Source: an uncultured Chitinophaga sp. (GTDB taxonomy: Bacteria > Planctomycetota > Phycisphaerae > Phycisphaerales > SM1A02). Taken from it: DNA of 59,594 nucleotides. The notes below the pieces were generated by a model. The model ran no database searches and was not told the DNA's origin. It saw nothing but the letters and a program-made list of their open reading frames with translations. Shown in pieces: positions 55,528 through 59,594 of the stretch. Location of the stretch: contig CAYSFS010000001.1 of assembly GCA_964430235.1 (NCBI GenBank), positions 1 through 59,594 of the forward strand, in the 5' to 3' direction. The first letter of the stretch is position 1, and each line of letters starts with the position of its first letter. Position numbers and translations under genes: made by a program.

Positions 55528-55770
55528 ATGCAGCCGTGGATCCCGTTCGTCGGTCCTGCGCCCGGCGTCGCCCGCTGGTGGTGGCTCCTGGTGATCCCGA
55601 TGTCGTTCCTCATCAGCATGGCCTGGAAGGCCGTGCGGCAGGACGACATGTCCGGCTACTGGAAGGCCGTGGCGAGGATGGGCACCCAGGTCGTGCTCGG
55701 CATGGTCGGCCTCTTCGTGTTCATGGCGATCTTCCTGCGCGTGATCGTGCCCATGATGCCGGCCGAGTGA
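55528..55770 (+). CDS. small hypothetical membrane protein
   Basis: 80 aa with two hydrophobic helices (WWWLLVIPMSFLISMAW and VVLGMVGLFVFMAIFLRVIV). It starts 9 nt after the previous gene. Confidence 0.5.
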   Translation: MQPWIPFVGPAPGVARWWWLLVIPMSFLISMAWKAVRQDDMSGYWKAVARMGTQVVLGMVGLFVFMAIFLRVIVPMMPAE

Positions 55771-55779
55771 CGCCGCGGC

Positions 55780-57384
<1,605 letters not shown>

Positions 57385-57406
57385 CACGGCCACTCTACGC
57401 GCATGC

Positions 57407-58816
57407 TCACGGGGCGGTCGGCGCGGGCTCGTCCGGGGCCGCAGGCGCCGGCTCGCGCTGGATCTCCTTCTCCCGGTACTTGGCGCGCATGCGCTTCTGG
57501 CGGTCGCCGAGGTCGATCTCGCCGCCGTCGATCCACGCACGGCGCACCGACGTGGTCACCTCGAACGGGTCCGCGGTCCAGAGGACCAAGGTCGCGCTCT
57601 TGCCGACCTCGACGGTGCCGTGGCTGTCGCCGCAGCCGGCGATCCGCGCGGCGTTCCGCGTGACGCACTCGAGCGCCGCAGCGTGGGGGAGCCCGTGCGC
57701 CACCGCGCGACCGCACTGGCCCGGCAGCGAGCGCTCGTGCGCCGGCTCGTCGCCCGAGGCGATCGAGCACTCGACGCCCGCCGCATGCAGGCGTGCGGGC
57801 ACCGTGTAGGCGGCGTCGAACGCGTCGCCTTCGCGCAGCGGAAGGCGGTTGATGCCGTTCACCACCACCGGCACCTTGTGGGCCACCAGGAGCGGCGCCA
57901 CCTCGGGCGCCCCGAGGCCCCCGACGATCGTGACGCGGTAGCCGCGCCGGGCGCCCCACAGCACCGCGGACTCGATCTGCCCGGGCCAGTTCGCGTCGAC
58001 CAGGATCGGCTCCTCGCCCCGCAGCGCGGCACGCATCGACTCGAACCGCATGTCCTGCGCGATCGTCGCGTCGGCGTCGCGTGCGCGCACGTAGGCCTCG
58101 GCGGCGTCGAAGAAGCGGTCGATCGAAGCCAGCGCGCGGTCTCGCTCCTTGCGCTGCTCCTCGGGCGTCGCCTTGGTCCACGCGGAGCGCACGGGCTCCA
58201 TCATGGGCCAACGGAGGACGAGCCCCGCGGCCTCGCGCACGCAGCGGTCCTTCGCGCTCCACCCGTCAAGCCGCATGGCGCTCGCGTGGCCCGAGACGGT
58301 GCCGCCCTCCGGGAAGGCGTGCGCCATCAGGATGCCCGCATTGCGCGCCACCGGGGGCAGGTCGCTGTCCGGGTTCACGGCGACGGCCGCGCGGACCTCC
58401 GGGTGGAAGTCGCCGAACTCCGTCCGGTCGTCGGTGGCCTCGACCTGCAGCGTCTCGACGAGTCCGAGCGCCGTCGCGCCGGCCCAGAACCCGGGAGTGA
58501 GCACGTGGCCGGGCGCGTCGACGACGTGCGCCGATTCGCCGACGAGCCCCGCGGGCATCGGCTCCGCGCCCACCGCGACGATGCGCCCGCGGTCGAACAC
58601 GACGTAACCGTCCGCGATCGGCGCGGACCCCGGCACGCACGTGTGCACGGTGGCGTGGCGCACCGCGACCACCGCCTGCTGCGGCGGCGCGGGCACCTCG
58701 GGCGACTGCGCTGCCGCGGAGGCCGCGAGGAACGCGGACGTCACGGCACCGGTCAACGCGGCGCGCACCCCCCGCCATGCCGAAGCGCGGGCCCATCTTG
58801 TTCCGAGTCCGCTCAT
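57407..58816 (-). CDS. amidohydrolase-family protein lacking the N-terminal HxH motif
   Basis: ATG 58816 overlaps the upstream stop (ATGA). The N-terminus is signal-like. The fold pattern is visible (VVFDRGRIVAVG...VVDAPGHVLTPGF and a C-terminal GTVEVGKSATLVLW), but WAGATALG stands where HxH is expected. Confidence 0.75.
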   Translation of the reverse strand: MSGLGTRWARASAWRGVRAALTGAVTSAFLAASAAAQSPEVPAPPQQAVVAVRHATVHTCVPGSAPIADGYVVFDRGRIVAVGAEPMPAGLVGESAHVVDAPGHVLTPGFWAGATALGLVETLQVEATDDRTEFGDFHPEVRAAVAVNPDSDLPPVARNAGILMAHAFPEGGTVSGHASAMRLDGWSAKDRCVREAAGLVLRWPMMEPVRSAWTKATPEEQRKERDRALASIDRFFDAAEAYVRARDADATIAQDMRFESMRAALRGEEPILVDANWPGQIESAVLWGARRGYRVTIVGGLGAPEVAPLLVAHKVPVVVNGINRLPLREGDAFDAAYTVPARLHAAGVECSIASGDEPAHERSLPGQCGRAVAHGLPHAAALECVTRNAARIAGCGDSHGTVEVGKSATLVLWTADPFEVTTSVRRAWIDGGEIDLGDRQKRMRAKYREKEIQREPAPAAPDEPAPTAP

Positions 58817-59594
58817 CGCGCACCTCCTTCGCCGCCGGTGACCTCGAAGATCGCCGACCACGTGTCCGTCGCCTCGCAACCGCACTCGCCCGGCCGCACG
58901 GCCTCGGGGTCGATGCCCGCGCGCACGCGGTCGCGCAGCACGCGGTCGCGCACGTCGAGCATGCGTGCGAGCAGCGGCGAGCCGCGTCCCGTCGGCGTCG
59001 CGCCGCCCGTCGGTGGTCCGCCGTCCTTCGCGTCCTTGCCGCCCTTGGGTTCCTTGCCCTCGCCCTTCGGCGAATCGGCCGACTCCGCGACCGCGAGCGC
59101 GAGCAGCCGCGACCGCGTGGCCGCGTCGCGCGTGCGCATGCGGGCGTCCACGGCCGGGTCGAAGAGGCGGTCTCCGTCCACCCACGTTCCCATGCAACGC
59201 GCGTAGATCGAGAGCGGGTCCGCGCTCCACAGCGCGAGGTCCGCGTCCTTGCCCACCTCGATCGATCCCGTGCGCGCGTCGATCCGCAGCTGCTTCGCGG
59301 GGTTGAGCGTGACGAACTTGATCGCCTCCTCGCGGGGCACGCCGCCCCACCGCACCGCCTTCGCGGCCTCGGTGTTCATGCGCCGCGCGAGCTCGTCGCT
59401 GTCGGAGTTGAAGCTGGTCACCACGCCCGCCTTCCACAGCATCTGGCCGTTCCATGGGATGGCATCCATCACCTCCACCTTGTACGCCCACCAGTCGCTG
59501 AAGCTCGACGCGCCCGCGCCGTGCCGCGCGATGTCCTCGGCGGCCGTGTAGCCCTCGAGCACGTGCGGCAGCGTGGCGACGCGGAACCCGGCCG
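58813..59594 (-). CDS. amidohydrolase-family protein, C-terminal part (gene runs off the window end)
   Basis: The C-terminal amidohydrolase pattern is present (FNSDSDELARRMN, TLNPAKQLRID..GSIEVGKDADLALW). A Lys/Gly/Pro-rich linker and a ~60-aa tail follow. The frame remains open to position 59594. Confidence 0.78.
   Translation of the reverse strand, partial: AGFRVATLPHVLEGYTAAEDIARHGAGASSFSDWWAYKVEVMDAIPWNGQMLWKAGVVTSFNSDSDELARRMNTEAAKAVRWGGVPREEAIKFVTLNPAKQLRIDARTGSIEVGKDADLALWSADPLSIYARCMGTWVDGDRLFDPAVDARMRTRDAATRSRLLALAVAESADSPKGEGKEPKGGKDAKDGGPPTGGATPTGRGSPLLARMLDVRDRVLRDRVRAGIDPEAVRPGECGCEATDTWSAIFEVTGGEGGAR

Overview
This is a very GC-rich window (about 70% G+C by eye) with dense coding on both strands. 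The gene content suggests a Planctomycetota/Phycisphaerae-like genome: a DUF1559 prepilin-type protein, PEP-CTERM-type sorting signals, lamin-tail domains and dockerin-like repeats. All calls were made by eye from the ORF track and the DNA. No BLAST or HMM search was run, so family names are motif-based and many start codons are provisional.

Layout, in window order:
1. Two tandem aldehyde dehydrogenases, a SOUL-like protein, lgt, trpD and comEC.
2. An approximately 13 kb minus-strand block of eight genes (20209 down to 7010): MoxR AAA+ ATPase, DUF58, BatA-type, vWA, a giant coiled-coil membrane protein, a poly-Gln protein, a prenyltransferase/squalene-cyclase-repeat protein and a secreted unknown. 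Six consecutive junctions are 4-nt stop/start overlaps.
3. mutM convergent with dnaA, with no dnaN next to dnaA.
4. An MBL hydrolase, an Hpt protein, a REC-GGDEF cyclase, recO, an M16 peptidase, a small PilZ-like protein and lipA.
5. A cell-surface island: five consecutive PEP-CTERM-type genes (two are tandem paralogs, one carries a lamin-tail domain), a divergent protein with two lamin-tail modules and dockerin-like repeats, a DUF1559 protein, an azurin-like cupredoxin and a choice-of-anchor-I-like protein.
6. trmH-like and htrA-like genes.
7. A rearranged, split ebo-like cluster: eboD-like, a small unknown, eboB-like and a coupled MFS transporter, then three unrelated genes, then eboE-like and eboC-like.
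8. A solitary nuoA and a beta-CASP MBL RNase-like gene.
9. parB with two parS palindromes and no parA.
10. YceI, two membrane proteins, a DEAD-box helicase and a tandem amidohydrolase pair.

I found no rRNA, tRNA, CRISPR array, transposase or integrase. The strongest candidates for uncharacterised biology are the extended MoxR/vWA operon, the Glu-less PEP-CTERM array with shared leader repeats, and the split ebo-like cluster.
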